Shown here in pieces: positions 46,678 through 57,300 of a DNA stretch of 64,000 nucleotides. Numbering within the stretch: the stretch's first letter is position 1; every line of letters starts with the position of its first letter. Under the pieces are notes generated by a model. That model made no database searches. It was not told the origin of the DNA and worked only from the letters and a program-made list of their open reading frames with translations. The translations under genes and the position numbers were made by a program. Origin of the DNA: Thermoplasmatota archaeon (GTDB taxonomy: Archaea > Thermoplasmatota > E2 > JACPAO01 > JAHFTW01); NCBI GenBank assembly GCA_041601615.1, contig JBFIHX010000004.1:64001-128000 (forward strand), read 5' to 3'.

Positions 46678-47797
46678 TCCTCTGCACTTCCGACGAACCC
46701 TCGCCGATCTCACAGAGCTTGACATCGCGGAACATGCGCTCCACTGGGTAGTCCTTGGTGTAGCCGTTGCCGCCGTGGATCTGAATCGCCTCGGTGGTGG
46801 CCTTCATGCCGACTTCGGAAGCGTAGAGCTTGCCCATGCTAGCTTCTTGCGTGAACGGCTTGCCTTGGTCCTTGAGGACGGCGGCGCGTTGCAGCAGGAG
46901 GCGGGCCGCGTCAATCTGCGTGGCCATGTCGGCGAGTTTGAAGCTGATGGCTTGGTTGGCGGCGATGGGCTTGCCAAATTGCTTGCGCTCCTGGGCGTAG
47001 GCAAGGCTTGCGTCCAGCGCTCCCTGCGCGAGGCCAAGCGCGAGGCTGCCGATGGCGATGCGGCCAGCGTCGAGGGTCTTCATGGTGCCGACGAAGCCCT
47101 GTCCAATGCCGGCGTCGCCGCCAATGACGCGGTCGTCTGCCAGCCACAGGTCTTCAAAGTAGAGTTGGCTCGTGATGCTGCCGCGCATGCCAAGTTTGTC
47201 TTCCTTGTTGCCCATGTTGAGGCCTTTCTCGCCCTTCTCGCCAATGAACGCCGTGATGCCGTGCGCGCCCTTGGAGGGGTCCGTCTTGGCCATGATGGTG
47301 AAAGTGTCCGCGATGTGGCCGTTGGTGATGAATTGCTTCTGGCCATTGATGAGCCAGCCGTCGCCCTCGCGCACCGCCTTGGTTTCGAGGCCCGCCGCGT
47401 CGCTGCCCGCGCTCGGCTCTGTCAGGCACCAGGCACCGATTTTCTTGCCCTGCGCCATGTCCGGGATGTATTTTTGGACCTGCTCGGGCGTGCCTTGGCC
47501 GTAAATGTGGCTGATGCCGAGGCCGTTGTGGGCGGCGAGGCTCAAACTGAGGCTGCCACTGACGCGAGCAATCTCCTCGATGGCAATATTGTAGCTCACG
47601 GTATCGAGGCCGCTGCCGCCGTGCTCGGGCGCGACCGTCATGCCCATGAGGCCCATGGCGGACATCTCGGGGACCATTTCGGCGGGCCACCAATCCTCGG
47701 CATCCATCTTGGCTGCGATGGGGCCAACGCGGCTCTCGGCGAACTCACGCATGGTCTGGCGGATGAGCTCTTGCTCCGGCGTCGGTTGGAAGTCCAT
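46640..47797 (-). CDS. Acyl-CoA dehydrogenase
   Basis: [10 protein letters not shown]; [10 protein letters not shown]; ERKQFGKPI; QIHGGNGY; [10 protein letters not shown]. Confidence 0.95.
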   Translation of the reverse strand: MDFQPTPEQELIRQTMREFAESRVGPIAAKMDAEDWWPAEMVPEMSAMGLMGMTVAPEHGGSGLDTVSYNIAIEEIARVSGSLSLSLAAHNGLGISHIYGQGTPEQVQKYIPDMAQGKKIGAWCLTEPSAGSDAAGLETKAVREGDGWLINGQKQFITNGHIADTFTIMAKTDPSKGAHGITAFIGEKGEKGLNMGNKEDKLGMRGSITSQLYFEDLWLADDRVIGGDAGIGQGFVGTMKTLDAGRIAIGSLALGLAQGALDASLAYAQERKQFGKPIAANQAISFKLADMATQIDAARLLLQRAAVLKDQGKPFTQEASMGKLYASEVGMKATTEAIQIHGGNGYTKDYPVERMFRDVKLCEIGEGSSEVQRMVIAKTLGLPRA

Positions 47798-47919
47798 GAA
47801 ACGACCACGCAGGGTGTGGGTCTTGGGCGTTTCGCACTTGGCCGGCGCCTAAAGCAACGCTCGCGTCATGCTGGACTTGTCCCCAAACCCTTGTGGCGCC
47901 TGCTGCCGAGGAACAGGGT

Positions 47920-48795
47920 ATGAACAGACGCACTCGGTTCATGGTACTCGCCTTGTCGGCATTGCTGTTGCTTGCCGGCGCCTCCGCCATTCACCCCCAG
48001 GCCCTGCAAAATGGCAAAAACGTCATCTTCACGCACGGCGGCGGCAACGAATGGTGGGTTCAAGTGCGGCTCACCGGCACGGGCGGCGCGTCTGCCACTT
48101 CGGTGCAGGCGATGGACACGGGCGGCGGCTGGGTTCCGTTGAATTCCCAGACTTGGGGCGGCGACCACACCTGGTGGGCCGGCAGCTTCCACATCGAGCC
48201 TGGAAACAAGGTGATGTTCCGCGCCAATTTCCCCGGAGTCAACGAATTCCAGAGTTGCTGGTTTAGCCACCCGGCCGGCGTGGAAGATTGCGCCCCGCCT
48301 CCCTCGGGAACCCCTGGGCCGCCCGGACCCCCTGGGCCGCCTGGCCCTGCTGGTCCGATGGGTGCAAACGGAACTGATGGAGCGCCAGGCACCGCCGGCC
48401 CCCCCGGACCTCCAGGACCACCTGGACCGCCGGGCACCAACGGAACAAACGGAGCCCCAGGCCCCGCTGGACCCCCCGGACCCGCCGGCACCAACGGCAC
48501 GAATGGAGCACCGGGACCTTCGGGTAGTACCAAGGTAGACGGCACCCCATCCAACTCGGCAACCGGTGCCGCAAAAGGCACCCAAACCGCCGCCACGGCA
48601 TCCTGTGCCGCCGGCAAAATTCTGCTAGGCGGCGGGGCGGTTGTCACCACGACAGACACGGCCTTAGACAAGGTTGTGCTGGCCTCGTCCTATCCATCAA
48701 GCACGACTACTTGGACCGCCACGGGCACAGTGCTCGCCAATCTCAGCTCGGGCAAGATCATGACCGTGCAGGCCTTCGCCTTGTGTAGTCTCTAG
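47920..48795 (+). CDS. Secreted collagen-like protein
   Basis: Signal peptide; N-terminal beta domain; long Gly-X-Y run rich in GPP; C-terminal C..GK..LGGG..SYP domain. Confidence 0.85.
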   Translation: MNRRTRFMVLALSALLLLAGASAIHPQALQNGKNVIFTHGGGNEWWVQVRLTGTGGASATSVQAMDTGGGWVPLNSQTWGGDHTWWAGSFHIEPGNKVMFRANFPGVNEFQSCWFSHPAGVEDCAPPPSGTPGPPGPPGPPGPAGPMGANGTDGAPGTAGPPGPPGPPGPPGTNGTNGAPGPAGPPGPAGTNGTNGAPGPSGSTKVDGTPSNSATGAAKGTQTAATASCAAGKILLGGGAVVTTTDTALDKVVLASSYPSSTTTWTATGTVLANLSSGKIMTVQAFALCSL

Positions 48796-49116
48796 CCAGC
48801 TCCTAGGGCACCTTCTCCTCCTTGACCTGCTTGTTTTTCCTCCAATTTCTCGTTCCCGCTTTGTTGGGCCGGCCCGCCCGTCCAAAACGGCCAGTAAGCC
48901 TCGGCCAGCTCGTTCAAACCAGACACCAACGATGCACATCAACGGCTCATGCATGGTCTGGACGGGAGTCCTGCACGAAGGATTTTGCAGGAGTGGACCG
49001 ATGGACGCTTGGCCTGCAGATGCCGACGCACATGCGGGCGTGAAAAGCGAACAGGCACAGCCCTCATCCGTGGAGGACCCACATTGAACCACGAACAACT
49101 CGATAGAACCAGCGTG

Positions 49117-49515
49117 ATGCGAACGATTCTTCGCCTGCTTCTGGGCGCTTTCCTGTTGGTTGCAGGACTCGGCCACCTTACCTGGGCGCGTACTGAATTT
49201 TTGGCGCAAGTGCCCTCATGGCTCCCCCTCGATGCGAACCTTGTTGTGGTCTTGTCTGGGGTCGTGGAAATCATCCTTGGATTGGCCTTGGTTGCGCTGC
49301 CTCGGTATCGGGCGATTGTGGGCGGTGCAACGGCGGCGTTTTTCGTCTTGGTGTTTCCAGGCAACATATCGCAGTTTGTCAATCGAGTGGATGCGTTTGG
49401 CCTGGACTCCGACTTGGCACGCGGGGTTCGGTTGTTGTTTCAGCCGCTTCTGGTCCTGTGGGCCTTGTGGTCGACCGAGGCGTGGAAGTCTTGGCGCAAT
49501 CGTAGGCGACGATGA
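49117..49515 (+). CDS. DoxX-like membrane protein
   Basis: AGLGH..; VPSWLP; SGVVEI; FPGNI; RL.FQP. Confidence 0.8.
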   Translation: MRTILRLLLGAFLLVAGLGHLTWARTEFLAQVPSWLPLDANLVVVLSGVVEIILGLALVALPRYRAIVGGATAAFFVLVFPGNISQFVNRVDAFGLDSDLARGVRLLFQPLLVLWALWSTEAWKSWRNRRRR

Positions 49516-49587
49516 TGCCGGCACGCTCGCACGATCGCTCGCCCCAGCCGATTGCTACGGAGGTTTGAACCGAATGGCCCCAGCGTC

Positions 49588-50907
49588 TCAGAACGTCCGC
49601 AGCGTCTCTGCCAAGGGCTGACGTCCGTGGCTGCGGAATGCAATCCACAAAGCAAGCGCGACGCTGCCGGCGGTGACGAGGACGGCGAGCACGATGCTGC
49701 TTCCGGTGGCGTGAAAATCCATGGGAAGCGGCAAGTCGCGGCGGCCGGGAAGGACTCCATGAAGGATGGCTCCGAAAACGCCTGTCGCGACTGCTGCGAC
49801 CACGATCGCAAGGGCGACCACCTGCACGACGAGGAGGCTGAGGGCGGTGCGGACGGTGCGGGGGCGGATGCCGATGGCGTGGCAGACGGCGATCTCGCGG
49901 TTGTGCGTCTCTAGTTGCCGAGTGACACCGTGGGTGACGAGGAATGCCGGAAGCAGGAACAGGAACGCTGCCATCAAAACGGAGAGTCCTCGCAGCACGT
50001 CCATGAGTTGCCCGAGGTAGCGTTGGGTGAAGGTTTCGCTGCCTTGGTGCGTCCAGCCATTGGCCTCGGCGATATCGTGGGCGCCGCTTGTGTCTCCGCC
50101 TCGCACCAGGAGGGCGTTGGCGATGGGTGCGCGGGGCTCGTGGCCCAGAAGCTGCCTTGCGTCTTCAATCGGGATGACGTAGGTGAAAGCGTCGAGCACG
50201 TCCACGCCGCTGTCGAAAATGGCGGCGATATGCCCGGGACGCCGGATGACATCCTGACGGCCTTCTTGCACGACCGCGGCTGTGAGTTCGAAGGTCAGGT
50301 CGTTGATTTCGGCCATGGGTGGCGGCCAGGAGGAAAGTTCCGACCGTTCCTTCGAGGTCAGGAACGCATCGAGCCGGTCGAGGCTCATGGTTACGGGGAT
50401 GCTGCCTTCCCCGGTGCCGGAATCAGGGAGCTTGCCGGCGACGATGTGTTCTTCGATGCGGGTGCGGCTGGCCGGGTCCTCCATCTGAATGCCAACGAGG
50501 GCCCCAAGGGTCACGACGCTGTCGCCGCTGCCGGCGGAACCGGGTGCATCGAGGTTGATTTGCGTATCCTCCTTGGCAGCATCGGCAAAGCTGCGGCGGC
50601 TCAGGATGCCTTGGGATTCCAGGTGGACAATGGGGTCGCCGCCGTGGCTTGAGAGTGCTGCGACGGCTTGCTGGAGGTCGGGAAAATTGCTGGGTGGGAT
50701 TGCGCCTTCGCCCACCACCGTGACCCGTACGTCTTCGGTGTAGAAGTCGCTGATGCGCGATTCGGTCTCGCTCTGCATGCCGGCAAACAGACCCGACACG
50801 AGCAAGAGGAGTGTTACGCTGCCCGCGAGCACCATGGCGGTGCTGACGTACCACTTGGTTGCACCTTTGCGCCAGCCTCGAGCCAAAACGCCAACGGGGT
50901 TCTTCAT
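49588..50907 (-). CDS. FtsX/MacB-like ABC transporter permease
   Basis: N-terminal TM, large external domain, REIAV..AIG motif, three C-terminal TMs. Confidence 0.75.
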   Translation of the reverse strand: MKNPVGVLARGWRKGATKWYVSTAMVLAGSVTLLLLVSGLFAGMQSETESRISDFYTEDVRVTVVGEGAIPPSNFPDLQQAVAALSSHGGDPIVHLESQGILSRRSFADAAKEDTQINLDAPGSAGSGDSVVTLGALVGIQMEDPASRTRIEEHIVAGKLPDSGTGEGSIPVTMSLDRLDAFLTSKERSELSSWPPPMAEINDLTFELTAAVVQEGRQDVIRRPGHIAAIFDSGVDVLDAFTYVIPIEDARQLLGHEPRAPIANALLVRGGDTSGAHDIAEANGWTHQGSETFTQRYLGQLMDVLRGLSVLMAAFLFLLPAFLVTHGVTRQLETHNREIAVCHAIGIRPRTVRTALSLLVVQVVALAIVVAAVATGVFGAILHGVLPGRRDLPLPMDFHATGSSIVLAVLVTAGSVALALWIAFRSHGRQPLAETLRTF

Positions 50908-52061
50908 GTATCGTCCTCCGCTGCACCGTTGCTGTCCGGTTCGTCCACGCTGCGTCGTGCTTTGGCCTTGGCAACAGTTTCCGCTTTCTTGGAGTCCACG
51001 TCCTTGTCTCGATTGCTTTTGGCCTTCTTTTTGCGCAGGGCCTTGACGGCCGCGACGTAGTTCGTGTGCCCCAAATCGCCGCCGCTCTTGATGTACTTCT
51101 GAGCGCGCTGGAACGTCTTGTCCAGGTGGCCAATGTGGACCACGGCGGTGCCAGGATTCACAAGGGGTGTCGTCGCGGTGCTCAGCACCACGCCGCCGTT
51201 GGGCGCAAAAACTCCGTCCACATGCTGACCAAAAGGATCGTTGATGGTGGCAAGGCGCTGGTTGGCCCGCACGAGATCGCCAGGGGCGACTTCCATGTAC
51301 AGGAGGCCGCCGTGGTCGGCGCGCACCCACTCGGTTTTGCGCACCAGCACTTGCATGTCTGGGCGGCGCACGCGCTTGTCGATCATTTCCAAGTGCTTCA
51401 TGACGCGCAGGATGCCCTCGGCGCCAATTTCCACGGCGTGCTCCTCGAAGCGGCCCGGTTCGCCGGCCTCGTAGATGATGCTCGGGATGCCGGCTTCGCT
51501 TGCGGCTCGTCGTAGGCTCCCCTTGGGTCCCGCGCCGTGCAGCATGATGGGCGTGCCGAACGCTTTCATCAATTCCTTGGCCACGGCGTTGTCGCCATCG
51601 CCGCGCACGTGGCAGAGGTTTTGTTGGCCAGCGGCGGCGGTGTGCAAGTCGATGAGGTGGTCGCTGCGTCGAATTACGCGCTCAAAGAGGGTGTGAGCGA
51701 TGCGGCTGGCCATGGGGCCGTCCGGGTCGCCGGGAAAAAACCGGTTCAAGTCGCGGCGGTCCGGCAGGTAGCGCGTCTGGCTCAGGAACCCGAATCGATT
51801 GACCACGGGCACGCCGACGACGGTGCCGCGCAGGGTCTCCGGTTCGAGCGCGTCAAGGATGCGGCGCACGATGGCGATGCCATTGATTTCATCGCCATGG
51901 ACGGCACCGGTCAGGGTCAGAACCGGGCCTTCTTCCGCGCCGCGCACGACCGTGATGGGGATGCTTGCGGGGTGGTGTGTGGTGGTCTCGCTGACCTTGA
52001 GGTTGATCTGGGCCACAGTGCCAGGTGCGACGCGGCGCCCGGCGATGATTTTGCCTTTCAT
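50904..52061 (-). CDS. Succinylglutamate desuccinylase/aspartoacylase family (M14) protein
   Basis: HGDEING; DLNRFFPG; IDLH; YEAG. Confidence 0.9.
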   Translation of the reverse strand: MKGKIIAGRRVAPGTVAQINLKVSETTTHHPASIPITVVRGAEEGPVLTLTGAVHGDEINGIAIVRRILDALEPETLRGTVVGVPVVNRFGFLSQTRYLPDRRDLNRFFPGDPDGPMASRIAHTLFERVIRRSDHLIDLHTAAAGQQNLCHVRGDGDNAVAKELMKAFGTPIMLHGAGPKGSLRRAASEAGIPSIIYEAGEPGRFEEHAVEIGAEGILRVMKHLEMIDKRVRRPDMQVLVRKTEWVRADHGGLLYMEVAPGDLVRANQRLATINDPFGQHVDGVFAPNGGVVLSTATTPLVNPGTAVVHIGHLDKTFQRAQKYIKSGGDLGHTNYVAAVKALRKKKAKSNRDKDVDSKKAETVAKAKARRSVDEPDSNGAAEDDT

Positions 52062-52948
52062 CGTTGCGCCTCGGCAAATTCAGCGGCATACGCAACGGCG
52101 GCGCCTGCGATGTCCTTGCCCGTGGCACGTTCCAAGCCTTGGAACCCTGGACTGGCGTTGACTTCGATGATTTTGGGGCCGACTCGCGACTCGAGGTAGT
52201 CGACGCCGGCCATTTGGAGACCCATGGCGTGTGCCGCTTCGATGACCGCTTGTTCGTCGTGGGGGCCGAGGCTGATGGGGCGCCCGAGCCCGCCGCGATG
52301 GATGTTGCTGCGAAATTCGCCGAGTTTGGCTTCTCGGCGCATGGCGGCGACCACTTTGTCGCCCACGACGAAGGCGCGCACGTCGCGGCCCTTGGATTCC
52401 TTGATGAATTCTTGCAAGAGAATGATGTGGCCGAGGCTCCAGAAGGCTTGCAGGATGGATTCGAGTGCTTCGCGGCTTTCGGCCAGCATCACGCCGATGC
52501 CTTGGGTGCCTTGCAGGAGTTTGAGGACACATGGCACGCCGCCCACTTGTTGGATTGCTTTGTCGATGTCGGAGACGCTGCGGATGACAGCGGTGCGGGG
52601 CATGTCGACTTTGCAGCGAGAGAGGACCTGGAGCGAGCGCAATTTGTCGCGGGCGCGCAGGATGGCTTGGCTTGGGTTGACGCAGGGGACGCCCATGACT
52701 TCGAATTGGTGCAGCACGGCGCAGCCATAGTCCGTGACGCTGGTACCGATGCGGGGGACCACTACGTCCACGCTGTCGATGTCGAAGGCGGCTCCTCGGT
52801 AGTACAGGTGTGGATCGTTTTGGTGCAGCACGAGGTTGGCTTTGGTTACGTCCATGGTGTTGACGCTGTGGCCGAGGTCCTGGCAGGCCTCGCGAAACCG
52901 CCGCATGGAGTACAGCCTCGGGTCACGCGTCAGGAAAAGAAACCGCAC
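52058..52948 (-). CDS. rimK: RimK-family alpha-L-glutamate ligase (ATP-grasp)
   Basis: RARDKLRSLQ; GTQGIGV; QEFIKE..GRDVR; FRSNIHRGG; EVNASPG. Confidence 0.92.
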   Translation of the reverse strand: MRFLFLTRDPRLYSMRRFREACQDLGHSVNTMDVTKANLVLHQNDPHLYYRGAAFDIDSVDVVVPRIGTSVTDYGCAVLHQFEVMGVPCVNPSQAILRARDKLRSLQVLSRCKVDMPRTAVIRSVSDIDKAIQQVGGVPCVLKLLQGTQGIGVMLAESREALESILQAFWSLGHIILLQEFIKESKGRDVRAFVVGDKVVAAMRREAKLGEFRSNIHRGGLGRPISLGPHDEQAVIEAAHAMGLQMAGVDYLESRVGPKIIEVNASPGFQGLERATGKDIAGAAVAYAAEFAEAQR

Positions 52949-53177
52949 GAGCGTCCATTCCAGGAGGAGACTTAAAGGCGGTTGGACAGAACGTGCGACC
53001 GCCGATAGTCATATTGTTAAAATAATATCAACTTCTATTGTCATGTAATAAATATTGTGGCATATGCCCCATTTCTTATTGGTTCTTGCATTCCTTCGAG
53101 TAATAATGTGTTCACAAAAAACATCAAACCAGAGGGTTGTGTATGGGCCCTCCACAACCGTGGAGGAGTGAAAAACC

Positions 53178-53378
53178 ATGAACAAAGCAATCCTCATAGG
53201 AACCATGCTCGTGATTGCCGGAATCGGATTCCTGGCAGCAGAACCCGCGTCCGCACAATCCGACCACTGTGAATCCAGCGCCAAGATCACCGAGGGCACG
53301 TGGACCATCGGCTGCCGAGTCGGCGGTGTGGTCGTCTGCTCGAAATACGAAAACTTCCAGGACCAAGGTTGCAGCTGA
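53178..53378 (+). CDS. Small secreted Cys-containing protein
   Basis: GGAGGAG SD-like motif, signal peptide ending ASA, four Cys; AT-rich upstream region. Confidence 0.65.
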   Translation: MNKAILIGTMLVIAGIGFLAAEPASAQSDHCESSAKITEGTWTIGCRVGGVVVCSKYENFQDQGCS

Positions 53379-53454
53379 CACGAGCCTACACTCGTTCCTC
53401 CCCCTACTCTTCCTCCCATCCGGGATTTCGGCGCCAGGTATGTGCCTCCAGGCC

Positions 53455-54300
53455 TCACGTCACACCAATGCGAAGCAACGCCTTGCCATCCTTGAAGATC
53501 CGAACCACGCCCGACTCGCTCACCGTCACCGCGATCGCCTTCGTCTCCCCGGTCACCGCAGCGCCCGCCAAGTGCCGCCCGCCCAAACCGCTGGGCAACT
53601 GCGTTGGGTCACGCACCTCAATGTAACGCCCCGCCGCCTCCACAACACCATCCTCGCGAATGATGATGGCGCCATCCACTTGCGCGAACTCCTTAATGGT
53701 CTCGTGCGTCGCCTGATCCAGCACATTGCGGTCCTGCGGCGGATGGCCAAGAAACGGATTCAGTACAATCTGACGACTATGCTTGAGCACACGATCCGTG
53801 TCGCCAATAACAAACAGCGCACCGACCGGATTCTTCTCACGCCCCTCCTTAGCAAGATCTCGGGCAATGTCCAACACCGCCTCCACCACGCGCACATCCG
53901 CACGGTATTCGAGGTCCTTGCGAAGCTTGGCCACACTCTCATCGTGCGCCATGTCAAACGCCAAGAAGCCGTGCCCGGCCTCGTCGCCCAACTGCACCAC
54001 GAACAAACGATCGTCTGCGCGCACCTGACCCTCCACAGTGGCCGCAAGCACCACATCGCGCAAATTGCGAAGTCCATTGATGCCGCCGCCCACACGGAAC
54101 CCCAAGGAAATCACGCGAATGTCCCCGTCCGTGTCCTCCAATCGGTCGCGCGCAGCAGGATGGGGTGTTGCGATGCGAAGCGGCGGACCCAGCGCCTCCG
54201 ACCAAGCCGTGAGTTGGTCCATGTCACTGCCGGTGACCATGGTGACGGTGGCCCCAAAGGCGTCACGAAACGCGCGTGCCTGCTCAAAGAGCGCCTCCAT
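53455..54300 (-). CDS. dacZ: Diadenylate cyclase (DAC/DisA_N domain, DacZ-like)
   Basis: EGRE..PVGALFVIGD; DGA; GLGGRH; VSESG. Confidence 0.85.
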   Translation of the reverse strand: MEALFEQARAFRDAFGATVTMVTGSDMDQLTAWSEALGPPLRIATPHPAARDRLEDTDGDIRVISLGFRVGGGINGLRNLRDVVLAATVEGQVRADDRLFVVQLGDEAGHGFLAFDMAHDESVAKLRKDLEYRADVRVVEAVLDIARDLAKEGREKNPVGALFVIGDTDRVLKHSRQIVLNPFLGHPPQDRNVLDQATHETIKEFAQVDGAIIIREDGVVEAAGRYIEVRDPTQLPSGLGGRHLAGAAVTGETKAIAVTVSESGVVRIFKDGKALLRIGVT

Positions 54301-54377
54301 CAAAGCTGCCTAGCAAGTGCGCGTTGAAAAGGCCAAAAGGTTCGGGTCCAAGGCCCCCGCGCCCGTCGCGCCAGCCA

Positions 54378-57300
54378 TCACTCCAAAGTGCCGCTGGCCG
54401 AACAATTGGGACAAACAATCGCCAACGGCCGAGCGCCCCGCGCCTGGAACCGATGCGTACACGCAGGACACGTGACGTCCACGGCGGGAACCGCACCCGC
54501 GCCGCCGCCAAACGGATCCACCACCGAATCATCATCGCCAAACACATCCGGCGACCCAGCGCCTTCGCCATCGAGCGCATGGACCGGATCACTGCCGAAC
54601 GGATTGTCCGGGTCATGCAGATCCTCGTCCTCGTGGAGCCAAGTTTCGTCGAGCCGCTGGTTGCGCAGGGCAAAGAACAGCACAAGTCCACCCACCACGA
54701 GCATCGCCACGACCGAAAGAGTCACCCAAGCCCACACAGGAACGCTGGGAGGATCAGCAATCAATTTGGCTCGGTTCGCGCCAAACGTAGCATTGGGCCC
54801 GCCGGGGTCGCTGCCATCCAGGAGCGCCGACTCGTCCCAGACAAAGCGGCACAAATTATCCGTAAAGTACGCAGTGACAAGGTACCCGTCGCCCTGACGC
54901 AACTTCAAATCGTCAAGGAAGCGACGCTGTTCGAAGCCATCCGCCGGCGCCTCCAGTTCCTCCCGCAACAACAGGCTTCCTTTGGCCGGGCGCATCCACA
55001 CTTGGTAGCCCACCAATTCGATGCCGTCGGGAAGCTCGCCGCGGTATTCGCCCCAAGTGACCGTGGTGCTACCGCGCTCGCGCACCGACACAATGTCGGG
55101 CATCAGCAAGTTGTCTGCGATGCAATCCACCGGCAACACCAGTTGCAGCGGGTAATGGAAAATGTCGCTCAAGCCACCGGGGCTCAGGGCCGCAACATGC
55201 AGCCACAGCGTCACCGGCGGACTGGCGTTGCGAAGATCAAAGCGAACCGCCGGCTCCGTGGCACGGTACAGCGTACCATTCGTGCCTCCGGGCGCCTCCG
55301 GCACCTCCACCGCCTTGGTCACGTTCTCGTCCTCGAACACCGTCGACTGCTTGTCGTCGATGATCCACACGTAGTCCAAACCGCACGCCTCGGGGTCCGA
55401 GAATCCCTCCAGTGCCACGCTACCCACGAGCTTGGTGCTCTCCTGGGCAACACCATTCTTGTCCAGAGGATGCGACGCACTGAGCAAACGAACCGAATCG
55501 CCGCCGACCGCGGGAGTCTCATCGTCCAGCGTCAGCAAGTCAGCCACCACGGCGAGATTGCTTGGGTTGCCAAAGTCATCGACGGCCTCCAGGCCAAAGT
55601 GGTAGGAGGTGCTCGGGCACAGGCCGCCGACGGTCACGATTTCGGGCAAACCGGGCTCCGCCGGACTAGCACCCTTCAAACTCAGCGTCGCCCACGCACC
55701 CTTGGCACGCAACGCAGCCGCTTGGGCTGCCGTGGGCTCGGCAGCAATCGGCTCCTTGGAAACGAACACCTGGTAGCCCGCAACCGAACCGGTCGCCGGA
55801 ATCCCCGCGTCGTCACTCGGAGCCACGAACGAAAAAGAAGCCGAAGTGACCGTCGTCTCCGCCGCCACCCCGTCCTCGTCAAGGCTGCCCGGGACCCCAG
55901 GCGGGTCCACGTCAAGGCGCAAGAGATGAATCGGCTCTCCGCTCACCAAGGCGCGGTCCTTTGCCGCATCTCCATTGGCCTCACGAATGTGCCCTTGGAC
56001 TGCCAACACAGCGTCGCCGCCGGTCGCATCCGCACTCAAATCCACGGCCGCAAGGGGCGCATTGAGCACTAAAAACGCCACTCGGTCCCCACGCGTATGT
56101 TTGACATCCGTGATGCCGGCAACACCGCCGCCCGCATCTTGATAGAAAAAGTCTGATTCCTGGAGATTGCGACCAGGTCCGCCCGAATCCGGGTCTACAC
56201 CCTCCACGGGCTCACTGAATTCAATGCGCAACCTGGTCTGGCCCACGTCGCCAAACACGCGAAGGATGCGCGGCCCAGCGTCGTCGATGTACTCGAAGAT
56301 GCCGCCATCGAAGCGCTCCAAGAGATTGCCGCTTGGATCACGCAGATCAGACTCGTTGTTGCCGCCCGAATACGTGATGCGCGGCAAATCACTGCTGCTG
56401 CCCTGCGGATCTTCCTCCAGCTCCAAAATGAGTGTGTCCGCCTCGTCCCAGATGCCTCCCGTGACATTCACGCCCCGCACGGTCCACTGATCCGAGCGGA
56501 ACGCCGACTGCACCAGCGGTTCGCTGAACTGCAAAACATACGCATCCATGAGACCGTCCTGGTCGCGGTCCTGGCTCGTGGCACGCAACACCACCGGCGA
56601 GGCGCCATCTGCTTCCTGGACACTGGCAAGTCCCACTGGCAAAACGTCGTTGCCTCGCACAGAATTGCCCGAACCGACCTCCGCAAGATCTTGGAACGGC
56701 ATCACGCCGTTGCCGCAAGTGCCTACAGTCAATTCAGGAACCAAGCCGGTATCCGAACCATGCGTAGAGCGCTCCTGCAACCGCACCAACAGCACCTTGC
56801 CGGCCGCGTCCACCGCCTTGGGAACCTGCCCCGAGCCATGATCCACCACATACGGAACCGAGCCACCATCGATGAACAGCGTCACCTTGATGCCCGGCTG
56901 CCCATCGCCACCCGTACAAGTGGAGACCGCCGGCTCGGACAACGTCACAAGCAGCGCGTCGAGCAAACCGTTGCGGTTGCGGTCCTGGGTCTGAACGCCC
57001 ACAACACGCGGCGCCGTCTCATCCTGAAGCGGCGCCCGGCTGGGCTGGAATGAAATGGTCTCACCATTGTGAATGCCCTTCGCCATGAACTTGTCCGGAC
57101 TCGACGACAAGGAAGCAGGCTCTAGGCTGCGAACATCCGACGGCTTGACCACAGACGTAAGGGTCACAAGCACCTCATCCGGGCTGCCGCCGCTCGCGAC
57201 AGCCAGCACACCCGCAATCGGATCGGCCGGTGGCTGGTCGTACACCACATCGAAGCTGCCGGCACCCGGCACACGCACCAATGGCACATTGAAGAACACC

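Noticed and set aside
46410-46751. 113 aa + strand ORF with repeated [13 protein letters not shown]
   Set aside because: It is the antisense reading of the triplicated gene end, not an independent gene
54276-56072. Long antisense or alternative-frame ORFs (e.g. 54276..56072, 7415..9133, 35490..37268, 10929..12281)
   Set aside because: Shadow ORFs of GC-rich coding genes; no protein motifs and fully overlapped by well-supported genes
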